A stretch of DNA of 64,000 nt from contig NC_135656.1 of NCBI RefSeq assembly GCF_964188315.1, forward strand, positions 30,070,001 to 30,134,000, in the 5' to 3' direction. The stretch is from Podarcis muralis (Eukaryota). The notes beneath the pieces were generated by a model. That model made no database searches, was not told where the DNA came from, and saw only the letters and a list, made by a program, of their open reading frames with translations. The position numbers were made by a program, and so were the translations under genes. This document shows positions 11,668 through 24,112 of this stretch, one piece after another (the stretch's first letter is position 1; the number at the start of each line of letters is the position of its first letter).

Positions 11668-12810
11668 TTTTATTTATATCCCGCCCTCCCCAGCCGAAGC
11701 CGGGCTCAGGGCAGCTAACAACAATAAAACAATACAAAAGTATAGCATAAACAACACTCTAAAACCATTCATTATAAAATTAATTAATTCAAGCCACTGG
11801 CAACCATTGGGCCAGAGCTCCGCGAAGATTGCCGAGGGAGGGAGTCAGGCTGTGCCCTGGCCAAAGGCCTGGTGGAACAGCTCTGTCTTGCAGGCCCTGC
11901 GGAAAGATGTCAAGTCCTGCAGGGCCCTGGTCTCTTGTGACAGAGTGTTCCACCAGATCGGAGCCACAGCCGAAAAAGCCCTGGCTCTAGTTGATGCCAG
12001 CCTAACTTCTCTGTGGCCTGGGACCTTCAAGATGTTTTTATTTGAAGACCGTAAGTTTCTCTGTGGGGCATACCAGGAGAGGCGGTCCCGTAGGTACGAG
12101 GGTCCTAGGCCGTATAGGGCTTTAAAGGTTAAAACCAGCACCTTAAACCTGATCCTGTACTCCACCGGGAGCCAGTGCAGCTGGTATAGCACCGGGTGAA
12201 TGTGATCTCGCAGCAAAGACCTCGTAAGGAGTCTCGCTGCAGCATTCTGCACCCGCTGGAGTTTCTGGGTCAGTCTCAAGGGCAGCCCCACTTAGAGCGA
12301 GTTACAATAATCCAGTCTGGAGGTGACAGTCGCGTGGATCACAGTGGCTAGGTCAGGGCGAGAGAGGTAAGGAGCCAATTGCTTAGCTTGGCGGAGATGG
12401 GAAAATGCCGCCTTTGTTATAGCTGCAATCTGTGCCTCCATGGAAAGGGAGGTGTCAAAGATTACACCCAAACTCTTAACAGACGGTGCTGGCACTAATT
12501 GCGCCCCCGCAAGAGATGGGAGTTGCCCCCCCCATCCCATATCGCCCCGTACTAGCCACAGGACCTCTGTCTTCGAAGGATTTAGCTTCAACCGGCTCCC
12601 ACGTAACCATCCAGCCACAGCATCCAAACATCTGGTCAGTGTGTCTGGGGCCGAGTCAGGATGGCCATCCATCAACAGATAGAGTTGGGTGTCATTGGCA
12701 TACTGATGGCAACCCAGCCCAAAACTCCGAACAAGCTGGGCGAGGGGGCGCATAAAGATGTTGAAAAGCATCGGGGAGAGTATCGCACCCTGAGGTACTC
12801 CACACACCAA
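11637..12810 (-). mobile_element. 5'-truncated L2 LINE (RT C-terminal half, inactivated)
   Basis: ORFs 12292-12810 and 11845-12291 read GVPQGAILSPMLFNIFM, QYAND (YADD mutated) and DYCNSL*MGLP...LQRVQNAAARL...LHWLPV. One in-frame stop; (TAA)n tail at 11637-11670. Confidence 0.93.
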
Positions 12811-12839
12811 AATTCATACTGAATTTTTTTTTGGGGGGG

Positions 12840-13710
12840 GTGTTTAAAAGTAATTAAAAAACAACAACCAGTGTCCTTTTAAGGTAAACTAAAGGGACCC
12901 CTGACCATTAGGTCCAGTCGTGACTGACCTTGGGGTTGCTGTGCTCATGTCGTTTTAGTGGCCGAGGGAGCCAGCATCCAGCTTCCAGGTCATGTGGCCA
13001 GCATGACTAAGCCACTTCTGGCGAACCAGAGCAGCGCACAGAAATGCCGTTTACCTTCCCGCCAAAGCAGTACCTATTTATCTACTTGCACTTTGATGTT
13101 GGCTAGGTTGGCAGGAGCAGGGACCGAGCAATGGGAGCTCACCCTGTTGCAGGGATTTGAACCACCAACCTTCTGATTGGCAAGTCCTAGGCTCTGTGGT
13201 TTAACCCACAGCGCCACCCGTGTCCCACAGTGTCCTTTTAGTTGGGGATAATTCAGATGGAAATACCCAGGTGTCAAAAAAGGTTTTTTATGTATGCCAC
13301 GACTGCAGCCCGTGTTTTGTTAGCCCCAAAATGGAAAACGAGCGAAGTCCCAACTAAAGAAGAATGGCAACTTAAACTGATGGAAGATGTGCAGCTTGGG
13401 GACCTAACATAGAGAATAAGAGAACAAGAAGAACATAGCTTTAGAGAAGATTGGAAAATGTTTATTGAATATATGGGGGAAATTGTATATATTTGAAAAT
13501 GTGGGCAGCATTAAGATATATACAACAGTGTAAATAAGTTTTGATGGATGTAATAATGGGATACTAAATGGTTTAGTTTATATAAAATATGCAGAGATTT
13601 ATGTTACGCAAAATGAACCATGGAAAGAGCAGAAGGGAAGGCATTGATATTTTAAGGTTGTTTAAATGAATATTCTAAAATGTAAAACAGAAAATTTAAT
13701 AAAAATTATT
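12840..13710 (+). mobile_element. L1 LINE 3' end, interrupted by a Sauria SINE
   Basis: From 13242 it reads LGIIQMEIPRCQKRFFMYATTAARVLLAPKWKTSEVPTKEEWQLKLM...EDWKMFIEYM, typical of squamate L1 ORF2 C-termini. An AT-rich 3' UTR with AATAAA follows. The 5' limit is approximate. Confidence 0.8.
12881..13226 (-). mobile_element. Sauria SINE, full length
   Basis: Reverse complement of gggacacgggtggcgctgtgggttaaaccacagagcctagg...ccctttag. TSD cagtgtccttt on both sides. Confidence 0.93.
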
Positions 13711-14982
13711 GGGGGGGACGGGGAGGAGAAAGAAAAGCAAATGGCAACGGCTAAAAAGCTAAACAAGGAAATTTGGAATCCAGGATACAGTATGTCTTCA
13801 GAGACAACACTGAGGATTTTTAAAACAGTTTTCAGATCTGTGGTTTAGCACAGTCAAGGCAAATAGTAATAGGTGTGTACCTTGGTGAGATGAGTCCTGG
13901 TTCCTAGAAGCCCCAGATTTATTGTATGGATAATATCCTTGACTAAGGTACTATGCCCCATTTATTATGACCAGGCCAATGGGAGAGGGGATAAAGTACT
14001 TTGTGAGCCTGCGATGGAACTTGTCATATCTTCACCATATGATATCAAGCGCTAGTGATGAAGATAAATTCTGAACAAATAAATGTTATAATCTGAAAAA
14101 GCAAACCAATATGATCAGTTCTAAAAGAGGCCCGTTCTTGGAATGTGGTTGTCACTGTGTTTAAATGTAGAATGTCAAACAAGATCCATGTGTCAAGGTG
14201 TCCTTGGCTCCTGGAAGCTAGGAAGGAATGTAAAGAGGCACCTACCTCCCAATTGTTCTGCTTCAAATGACTTCTGAAGTGCATTGATATAGTTGGAACA
14301 TTGGCTTGACCCCATTTGGGAGCACTATTGTAGAGACACAGTAATGCTGCTGTTCAAGGTTGCTTTGCTATCAGCTTCTAAAAAGCAGAGTGGGTTTTCT
14401 TCCCTTTGGAAAATGAATACTCTCTCAAGAACCTGAAGAGGACCTGTTATTTTCTGCATTCCTTATTAAACCATCTTGAATCCTTAGTAGGTTAGAAAAG
14501 GAAAAAGAAGTCATCCTATGACAACTTTCGCATCGTGCTGTCCTCCATTCTTCTCCGTGTCAAAGGCTCTTTGCTATATTCAGCATGAGTAGTTTACAAG
14601 AAGCAGAGGGACTCCTCTTCAAGGTTTCCTCTTCTTATTCCTGACATTGCCATTGTTATCTCTCTATGATGAAGCCTGTTGGTTTCATTACTGTATTATT
14701 ATTTTTTCAGGGGCTACAAATGTCATTCCTCAGATGGGCTTAGAGGGCTTCAGTGGCTCCAGTGAAAAGTTGTCTGCCAGGGCTGATCTTGAATGTTCCA
14801 TGTCAGGGCCAAGCTACACATTATGTAGGAGAGCCGTGATTGAAATTGTTTTTCATTTAATGAAGCTGCAGCAGGGACCTCTGAACCTGACCAGAGCAGG
14901 TGTTTGGGTGGGAGGGCATATTCAGTCTTTACCCGTGCCATTTACCTGATCTAAATTGCCCCTCCCTATGGGTCTAATATAA

Positions 14983-15338
14983 GGGACGCGGGTGGCGCTG
15001 TGGGTTAAAACCACAGAGCCTAGGACTTGCCAATCAGAAGCTTGGCGGTTCGAATCCCCGCAACAGGGTGAGCTCCCGTTGCTCGGTCCCTGCTCCTGCC
15101 AACCTAGCAGTTCAAAAGCATGTCAAAGTGCAAGTAGATAAATAGGTACTGCTCCGGTGGGAAGGTAAATGGCATTTCCATGCGCTGCTCTGGTTCGCCA
15201 GAAGCGGCTTAGTCATGCTGGCCTCATGACCCGGAAGCTGCACTCCGGCTCCCTTGGCCAGTAAAGCAAGATGAGCGCCGCAACCCCAGAGTCGGCCACG
15301 ACTGGACCTAATGGTCCAGTACCCTTTACCTGTACCTT
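14983..15338 (+). mobile_element. Sauria SINE, full length
   Basis: gggacgcgggtggcgctgtgggtt head, intact B box GGTTCGAATCC (15047-15057) and ccctttacc tail. 13-bp TSD tatgggtctaata (14967-14979 and 15339-15351). Confidence 0.95.
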
Positions 15339-17950
15339 TATGGGTCTAATAGCAACTTGGGGTGGGGTTGGGGGGAATAATTTAGATTGGATGAAATGAC
15401 AAGCACATCTACGCTGATCAGCAGTGGAGCCCACTACCCATGTTTCTTTAAAGTCAAAAGGTTGGGAGAGCCAGTCACTGATATTCCCAGCAACGGATGG
15501 TTTCTCCCTCAAACACATGTTGGGTATGTTCTAAGTGTCCACTCTAATTTCCCACAGGCCTAAAACATTTTGATGCCCGAGACAGAGCATCAAATTGTGC
15601 CCCCCCCTCCACCCCAAGTCTTAGATAGGACAGCTATTATGGCAGCTGAGACAGTAAATCCTGCAAGCACCTTTTCCCTTCTCTTCTCCCAGGAATAAAA
15701 ACGAAGTAGCAAACAACTGCCTCCCTTTTCATGACAGCTAACCTGCTGCTTCAGGCCACTGTTCACTCTGCCAAATGGCAGGGCTGGACCTGTGTGGGAC
15801 AACAGAAAGCTAGCAGTTTCATTTTTCTTTGACCTGAAGATATAAAATCAAATGTTTATCAACATGAGCTGGTGCCCTGGAAGATGCTGCTTCCATCCCA
15901 AGTTCTGAGTCCCCTTTGGACAAGAGGAACACCTATTTAATTTGCCAAAATGTCATTGGAAGAAGAGTCAAGTCAATATCACGACATGGTGCCCAAGAAA
16001 AAAGTTCAGAGGTCCCACTCTTTATAAATTGTTTTTGTGTCTTTGGGCTAGCTAGATGCAGAGATATGGACCCTCTGGTCCTCTGGGTGCTGCTGGACCC
16101 CAGCTCTCATCAGCCCCCTGCCCAGCATGACCAAGGGTCAGGGATTATGACAAGTGCAATTCAATGACAACTGGAGGACTACATGTTCTGTACCACAGGA
16201 GTAGGCATGTGCAGTTGCAGTCTGCAGAAGATTTGTCTGCTTTTGACCAATGCAGAGATGTTGGGTGCCTTTGCACTGGCTCCTGGGCAGCAACTTTAGA
16301 GAGAGGTGCACCCAAAATGTCTCGTTATTGGGAGAGCTCAGTAGTCCATGAAACTCAGAGGTCCATCTCCCAATTGGTATGCTTACTTTTAGGTTGGTTC
16401 TTTTATTTTATAGGGCTGTAAGATGCTATACTTGCAGCCCCATGGACTGCAAAATAAGGTGTAGGCTTTATGAATAAATTAAATAACACATAATAGGAAC
16501 CAGCAATTATTTAAATGCAATATAATACAACAGAGTCCCCCAAGAGATCCAGTTTCAGTCATTCATCCCTACCTTCTAGTAGGCAAAGTAGTAGGTGCAA
16601 AATATAGATGGCATCTCCCCCAGCCCTCTGCCATCCTTAATTCTGATTCTAAGACTTACTAGCTTGGAAGTAGGACTCGCCAAGCTCAGTGGGTAAGCAT
16701 GCTTATGGATGGACAATTCGTCTCTGATGTTCTGTGCTTCTTCTTTATGAGACACTGCTTATCTGTGTGCTTTCAGGGTGTTTGTAAATAACAACAGCAG
16801 CAGCAGCAACAACAAAACAAAACAACACTCATCCATTCCCAGGCTTTTGTCGTATGTCCCACAGCCAAACATAGTTCTCCGCGGTCACAAGCCAGAGAGT
16901 GGTCAGCCATCCAAGTGCTTCCACAACTTCACCATCCATATCTCTAAAGCTATTGCAAAGATTTGTTGCCATGTTTGGCCCAAAGAAAGGGGGATGTAGA
17001 AGCTGGGCCCCTGCTCCCCAACTAACTTTTAAATGTGCTTTGGAATATCACAGAGGTATCTCATGGGCATAAACAAAGTGGAAGTATGTGAGGTTTCGGT
17101 GTCTACATTCAATTTTACTAGGAAAAGATCGGCTACTTTAAATGTGGGTTTTTTGCATCTAAAAAAAATTGCCCCTTAGAAACATGGAAAAGGCAGAGCG
17201 TGCTTGTGATGGAGTGAATGCATGTGTGTGTTGCATGGACATGAAAAGAAAAGCTGCAATCCCCAAGGGGCAGGTTCTTTTAATTAAAACCTAATGGCAG
17301 CCATTAGAAAGCTGCTTAGGAGTTGGGATGCTGGAGACAGATGAGAAAGCAGCCAAAGGTGCAAAATGAGGGCAATTTATCACACGGGTCAAGATGTTTC
17401 CCCAAGGCTCCAGAAAGCGCAAACCTCTGTCCCAAGGATGTGGATTCACATCTGCCCCCATGGCAAAACAAACAGTGCATTTTGCAGGGCGGGCTTTGGG
17501 TTGCTGCAGAATATAATTCCATGCCTGATGTTAAGGATGCCATCTGGTCTGCTGGGCTTTCCCATCCAAAGCTTGTTTTGCTGTAGGTAGAGCCATTATG
17601 CTGACTTGGGCTCCTGGGACTGACTGGTGACATGCTGGCACAATGCGAAAGGTGCCTAGAAAGTAACAGCATGAAGGCTGTGATGCCTTTGTGAAGTTAA
17701 CAGTTCTGGATCATCTTGGATCACAATGCCCGGTGCACACAGCCATCTCTACAAATCCTATTCCTTTGAAGAAACCCTCCACTCATATAACAGGTTCTTT
17801 TTTTTGTGAAGTTGCTCTTTCCCAAATTAAGCTCACATGGTGTCAGAATAGTTGGACTGCATCCCAGGAGTTGTCTCCTTGCTCCATCCCAGCCCTTCCC
17901 CACCTCACAGTATGCATGGGACCAGGAATCTTCTCCAGCTCTTCCTTATA

Positions 17951-18192
17951 CAGTGGTACCTCAGGTTACATACGCTTCATGTTACATATGCTTCAGGTTA
18001 CAGACTCCGCTAACCCAGAAATAGTGCTTCAGGTTAAGAACTTTGCTTCAGGATGAGAACAGAAATCATGCTCCGGCGGCGCAGCAGCAGCAGGAGGCCC
18101 CATTAGCTAAAGTGGTGCTTCAGGTTAAGAACAGTTTCAGGTTAAGTACGGACCTCTGGAACGAATTAAGTACTTAACCTGAGGTACCACTG
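17951..18192 (+). mobile_element. Tc1/mariner (Tigger-like) MITE, family copy 1
   Basis: TIRs cagtggtacctc / gaggtaccactg with TA TSDs. Near-identical to 19186-19416, 22285-22526 and 33720-33934. Confidence 0.92.
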
Positions 18193-19185
18193 TATATGAG
18201 AAGTTGACCAGGGCAGACTCAGGCACAGTTTGCTTAAATAGTTTTCACGCCAGTAACTGATGAGGCCATGCTAAGGGGTTTCCAGGGTCCTTTAAAGGGA
18301 CTTAAAGTACTTAGCCACTTCCCATGGTGCTCCGAAGTGCTTTAAAACGAACAGCTCCAAGAGTATTTTAAATGCTTAACTCGGTTTAACTTTGTGGAGG
18401 GCCAGACATCTTAGTGCACCTCTGGGCCAGAGAGATCAAGATGCTAGAAAGTAAAGAGAAACTTCCTGGCTCTGTGTCTGCTAACCTCCCCACCCATTAC
18501 ATTATGTTCTATGGCTTTAATAGCTGCAAAAGGGACAGCAGTTCAGAAGGTGAAGTCTCCCCAGGAAAAGTTACACCTGATGATTTTATGCCTGTCATGT
18601 TGAAGCCGCAGATACTCCAGCAGCAAACAATGACAACCTCCCCCCTCCCCCGAGAGTTACCTCTAAAGGTAACTTGTGAAAGAACCTTCTTTCCCCTCCC
18701 CCAAAAAGGGGGCACTTTTGAAATTAAACCAATTTCAACCATTGAAACGTGTTTGTTTAATATGGTTTGCAGCTGTTGAAAACACAAAGAATAAGTGGAA
18801 GAGGAGGACATCAGCGGATAGCCATTGGATGTTAGGGCCCACACAACAAATTCTGCGGGTGCATAGTTATCAAGAAAGACTTCTTAACACCTTCTAAAAA
18901 TCCAGCATTTCCCCTTCCACTACTTTAAATACTTAAATCTTTATGCTCCTGCTTGGCTTTCCTGCCTGCCGATTTGCTTAGAGACTGGTTTGTGGACAAC
19001 ATGTTTTCCTACAATGTCAGCAGTGGCCTTGAACTAGCACCTCTGGCTCCTCCATTCATGTGCTTATCTAGAAAGTCTGATCTGATTATCTGATATGCTA
19101 AGGTTGATGTTAGTCTTGTAGACTTAAAAGAGCTGTCCTTGAGCAAAAAAGATGCAGGGCTGGTATTATCTCAGGATATTGTTTA

Positions 19186-19416
19186 CAGTGGTACCTCGGG
19201 TTACAGACGCTTCAGGTTACAGACTCTGCTAACCCAGAAATAGTACCTCGGGTTAAGAACTTTGCTTCAGGATGAGAACAGAAATCATGCTCCGGTGGTG
19301 CGGCAGCAGCAGGAGTCCCCATTAGCTAAAGTGGTGCTTCAGGTTAAAAACAGTTTCAGTTTAAGAACAGACCTCCGGAACGAATTAAGTACTGTACTTA
19401 ACCCGAGGTACTACTG
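19186..19416 (+). mobile_element. Tc1/mariner MITE, family copy 2
   Basis: Same TIRs and interior as 17951-18192. The right TIR and TSD are slightly mutated. Confidence 0.9.
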
Positions 19417-20071
19417 CATATGTCTGTAGTGTGGGATATTTACAATGCAGTCAAACCTACAATGCCTGTTTGCTAGATAGGCACATGATAGGAGATGGAG
19501 CTCACAGAGCTTTCCTGTAAGTTTGCTAAAGAGAACTCTGAGAGACAATCCATCTGTGCCCTAATAGGGGAGGGCATAGTTATGTGTGTATATTCTCCTT
19601 ACCTGCATGCACACATTGCCTTTTGCCTCTCTTCACTCTTCCTCTTCATCTGATCACCAAGCCAGAAATGTGAGAAGAATCTGCATGTCTAAGCTCCATT
19701 GTTGACACCATCTTAAGGTAGACTTAAGTGTGTCTTTGTAACTCAATGGCCATTTTAAACCTGCCTGAACAAAGCTGCTGTTATCTGCCATTCTGCAATG
19801 GAAACTCTGAGTGAGTGTTATTTTTTTACCTTTTACAAGACTGTGTGATTATTGTTTAAGGGGGAGAAAATTGGGAAATACCAGAAAAATCCAGTCTGCC
19901 TTAAAGCATCCTGGATTACTTAAACTAAAAGGCTAAAACTAGCCTATCTGAGCATTCCTTTAAGCTGTGAAGGGATGGCACTCTGCTGAACTCACAAATG
20001 TGAGGAAGGAAGGATAATAACTAATAAATATATTCTCTACTAGCATCTGTACTGTATATTCAGAGTGGGGT

Positions 20072-20744
20072 TGTTTTGTCGTTTAGTCGTGTCCGACTCT
20101 TTGTGACCCCATGGACCAGAGCACGCCAGGCACTCCTGTCTTCCACTGCCTCCTGCAGTTTGGTCAAACTCAGCTTTGAGAACACTGTCCAACCATCTTG
20201 TCCTCTGTCGTCCCCTTCTCCTAGTTCCCTCAATCTTTCCCAGCATTAGGGTCTTTTCCAGGGAGTCTTCTCTTCTCATGAGGTGGCCAAAGTATTGGAG
20301 CCTCAGCTTTAGGATCTGTCTTTCCAGTAAGCACTCAGTGCTGATTTCCTTCAGAATGAATAGGTTTGATCTTCTTGCAGTCCATGGGACTCTCAAGAGT
20401 CTCCCCCAGCACCATAATTCCAAACCATCAATTCTTCGGCGATCAGCCTTCTTTATGGTCCAGCGCTCATTTCCATACATCACTACTGGGAAAACCATAG
20501 CTTTAACTATACGGACCTTTGTCGGCAAGGTGATGGCTCTGCTTTTTAAGATGCTGTCTAGGTTCGTCATAGCTTTTCTCCCAAGAAGCAGGCGTCTTTT
20601 AATTTCATGACTGCTGTCACCATCTGCAGTGATCATGGAACCCAAGACAGTAAAACCTCTCACTGCCTCCATTTCTTCCCCTTCTATTTGCCAGGAGGTG
20701 ATGGGACTAGTGGCCATGATCTTCGTTTTTTTTTAATGTTGAGC
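20072..20744 (-). mobile_element. 5'-truncated RTE-BovB LINE
   Basis: ORF 20040-20717 reads SWQIEGEEMEAV...SHEIKRRLLLGRKAMTNLDSILKSR...LRLQYFGHLMRREDSLEKTLMLGKIEG, the BovB C-terminus. Perfect 13-bp TSD ttcagagtggggt (20059-20071 and 20745-20757). Confidence 0.95.
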
Positions 20745-21001
20745 TTCAGAGTGGGGTAGCCAGTCGCAAAAGAGAACAGGGCTTCTGCACCAATCATACT
20801 TGCATAGAAGAGATGATTTCAGCAGGTGGAGCCTCTCGTGGAAGCTGTGTCTGCCCCAAACCCTTCTTCTATGCAGCTATGAAAGGTGTATCAGCCATGC
20901 CCTCTTTCACATCAGCCCACCCTAGTTCACAGACAGAACAAGTAGAGCCTGCAGCACAATGCTGTAGTGTGTTCTCACCCCTTCTTGTTCAAGGCCTCAG
21001 G

Positions 21002-21269
21002 CATGGGTGTAGCCGTGGGGGGCAGGGGGGGTAGCTGCTCCCCTAAATCAAGTACACAAATAAAAATACTTAACCAAAAGTAGAAATTGTAGAAAGATTT
21101 TGACAGATTTTTCCAAGTACCTGGAGTCAAAAGAAAGCGATTTAAAACAACTGTTGAGATGTTTCACTCCGAATCTGCTAGACGGAGCCAGACAGAGGGT
21201 GATGGCAGGTGGTTGTCCTGCCCCCCTGCCCCCACCCCATCCATAGCATAAATCCTGGCTACGTCAATG
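21002..21269. mobile_element. hAT MITE
   Basis: TIRs catgggtgtagcc / ggctacgtcaatg. The 8-bp flanks gcctcagg and gcctaaag match at 6 of 8. Confidence 0.65.
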
Positions 21270-21830
21270 GCCTAAAGCAGTGCTGTTTTCTTTAAAAAAT
21301 GGTTAGGTGTACTCTCATTTTCCTACTCATATTGTTTAGGGGTATGCATTCCCCCCCCCCGGGAAAAACCACTGGCCTCAGGTAACCTGGAACAGGAGCC
21401 TTGCAGTGCTGCTCAGGTGGTGAAGGGGTGGGTTGTGGGTGGGAGTGGAAGTATCTGTGATGAGGTAAGATAGAGAAAACAACTGATTTTCCTACCCACC
21501 CACCCACCCTGGTCTTCTTCTACTATTCTATGTAACACTATAGCAGGGGTGAGGAGCATCAGGTCCAGGGCCTAAACTCTCTCCCAGGAAACATCCCTCC
21601 ATATTAAGTCACAGTCACACCCCTTACTGACCCTGCTCTGCTCCCTCCATGAGTGGAATGTCTCCTTGAACACATGAGGTGCCTGGAGAAGCTTCTGGCT
21701 TCAGCTTCTAAGATGCAGCCTTCCATTCAAGGGTTAAGAGCCGCATCTGTTGCTCTGGCCACTTTTGCATCCAGTCCTGCCCTGACACCTGGAAGGTTAC
21801 CCATAAGGCAATGCTACTCTTGGGCTGAAA

Positions 21831-21979
21831 ACATAGGGGCCGTGGAGCTTCGGCCCCCACAAAGCTGATGGCCATTCCCATTCAGATGGGGGGTGTGTGT
21901 GCACTGTGTCATGTGATCGATTATGCAGGGCGGGGCTTACCTGGGCCCCCTCGATGTTTTATTCAAGTTGGAACCCCTG
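21831..21979. mobile_element. hAT-type MITE, related to 47530-47715
   Basis: Shares catgtgatcg.ttatg...gggcttacctg...attcaagttgg.acccctg with the copy near 47.6 kb. Confidence 0.55.
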
Positions 21980-22284
21980 GCTGAAAAGGTTTTTCTGCTG
22001 CTGCGCTAAAGGTGGCACTGGCTGCAGCCACTGATGAACCTGAGCATTTTATGGCTGTATGACAGGGAGAGGGTGCTTTTACCTCATTTCTCTTGGAAAT
22101 TCCTCACAGAGCACATTTTCCAGCACTAATTCCAGGACATTTGGTCCCCTCTTCTCCTTCCCACTTCCTCCCCTTTTATCCCCCCCCCCGAGCTAATGCC
22201 TCAAATCTCCACACACCCTAGAAGTTCACAGGTCCTGGACAACCAGGTGTGTTTCGTGTTTATTGCATCTTTTTCAATTGTATA

Positions 22285-22526
22285 CAGTGGTACCTCGGGT
22301 TAAGTATCTAATTCGTTCCGGAGGTCCGTTCTTAACCTGAAACTGTTCTTAACCTGAAGCACCACTTTAGCTAATGGGACCTCCTGCTGCTGCTGTGCCG
22401 CCGGAGCTCGATTTCTGTTCTCAACCTGAAGCAAAGTTCTTAACCCGAGGTACTATTTCTGGGTTAGCGGAGTCTGTAACCTGAAGCGTATGTAACCTGA
22501 AGCATTTGTAACCCGAGGTACCACTG
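22285..22526 (-). mobile_element. Tc1/mariner MITE, family copy 3 (inverted)
   Basis: Same TIRs and TA TSDs; the interior is the reverse complement of copy 1. Confidence 0.92.
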
Positions 22527-22573
22527 TATACTTCTGCAGACCTAGAGATCTCCCAGCTATATAGAAACCATTA

Positions 22574-22825
22574 CAGTGGTACATTGGTTTCAGAACAGCT
22601 TAGTTTATGAACAACTTGGATTAACAACGCTGCAAACCCGGAAGTAGGTGTTTTGGTATGTGAACTTTGCTTTGGAAGCAGAACATGTTCCGTTTCCTGT
22701 TGAGTGTGTCCCATTTGTAAATTGAGTCCCCCGCTGCTATGGAAAAGCATGCCTTGGTTTAAGAATGCTTTGGTTAAAGAACAGACTTCCGGAACGGATT
22801 ATCTTCATAAACCAAGGTACCCCTA
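22574..22825. mobile_element. Tc1/mariner MITE, second subfamily
   Basis: TA-cagtggtacattgg ... ccaaggtacccc termini. The interior differs from the four-copy family. Confidence 0.75.
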
Positions 22826-22966
22826 TACTTTATTTTTCAGTGGCCCTGTTTTGCTCCCAAACTGTTAGATACTGGGCCACCCAAGTTCACAATTAGAGAG
22901 GGTGACATCTCTTATTTACCATACGTCAGAGGCAAAGAACAGGGGTTAGCTACTTACCCCATTTTA

Positions 22967-22967
<1 letters not shown>

Positions 22968-23014
<47 letters not shown>
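22968..23014. repeat. (CA)n microsatellite
   Basis: Direct reading. Confidence 0.95.
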
Positions 23015-23017
<3 letters not shown>

Positions 23018-23139
23018 GGCACTGGAGGTCGGTGTGTCTGCATAGAAAAGAGCAGATAAAGAGAATGGAACCCCTAAGCTTCCTAGACTGTTCTTCAACC
23101 AGTATTGACCCTCCTTTGGGCTGGACTAATATCTTAAGG

Positions 23140-23275
23140 CAGGCTTCCTCAACCTCGGCCCTCCAGATGTTTTGAGACTACAATTCCCATCATCCCGGAC
23201 CACTGGTCCTGCTAGCTAGGGATCATGGGAGTTGTAGGCCAAAAACATCTGGAGGGCTGAGGTTGAGGAAGCCTG
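23140..23275. mobile_element. Near-perfect palindromic hAT MITE
   Basis: caggcttcctcaacct...aggttgaggaagcctg; the whole element is a hairpin. Flanks are tcttaagg and tcttagga. Confidence 0.88.
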
Positions 23276-24081
23276 TCTTAGGACCTCATTTCCTACTTCC
23301 TTCTTCATCCTTAGCTTGGAGGAAGAGAAACTGTATCTCTTGGATTTCTGTCCTGCTGAGATGTAGCAGCAGGCATGGCTCATTGCATTCTGCACCTTAG
23401 TGAGTTAGGACTGGAAGTTTTCCTATTAAGCATGTGTATTTCCTGCAATAAACGTTGCATTCTTATTTTCCTAACCTCAGAGTCTCAATGTCATTGTAGC
23501 CAGGGTAATGTGTGTTCTTCCAACAGTGATTCAGTGTGTTAAGTTCTGTTTTTATGCCCCATGTTTAAATGTGGTGCATTTAAACTCCAGACACCATCAC
23601 ATGTCAGAGTTCTTGTGAAGATAAAAAAAGGGCGTATGCTATGTATGTTGCTATGCATGCCCTGAGCTCCTTGCAGGAAGGATAGTATAAACATGTAATT
23701 ATAATAATATCATTTAAAAAAAATAAATATGCGCTACTGGAATTGCAACCATGTAGCTAGGCACATAATTTCTGCTTAAGATTCTAGTTTCTTAGCCAGC
23801 AAATTATTCATCTGAATTCAGCTGGAGTGGTATTGTGATACATAAGGACAGAAGCCGACAATGTGACCCACAAATCATTAGACTAAGCAAACCTAAGCTT
23901 ATTTAAACTCATTAATTTAAACAGTTTAAAGTTCCAGTCTCGTGGACACTGACTTGGGTGGGAAATCTCTTTGGAGGCTATTTGCATAGGCTCAGGCTGC
24001 CTGTGTTCTTCGATTCATAAGTTTAACTGACTGAGTACATGCCCTCCAACATTTCTCTGATGAAAATAGGGACGTCCTATT

Positions 24082-24082
<1 letters not shown>

Positions 24083-24112
<30 letters not shown>

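Noticed and set aside
18257-18300. CTGATGA hammerhead-like core
   Set aside because: No stem II followed by GAAA downstream.
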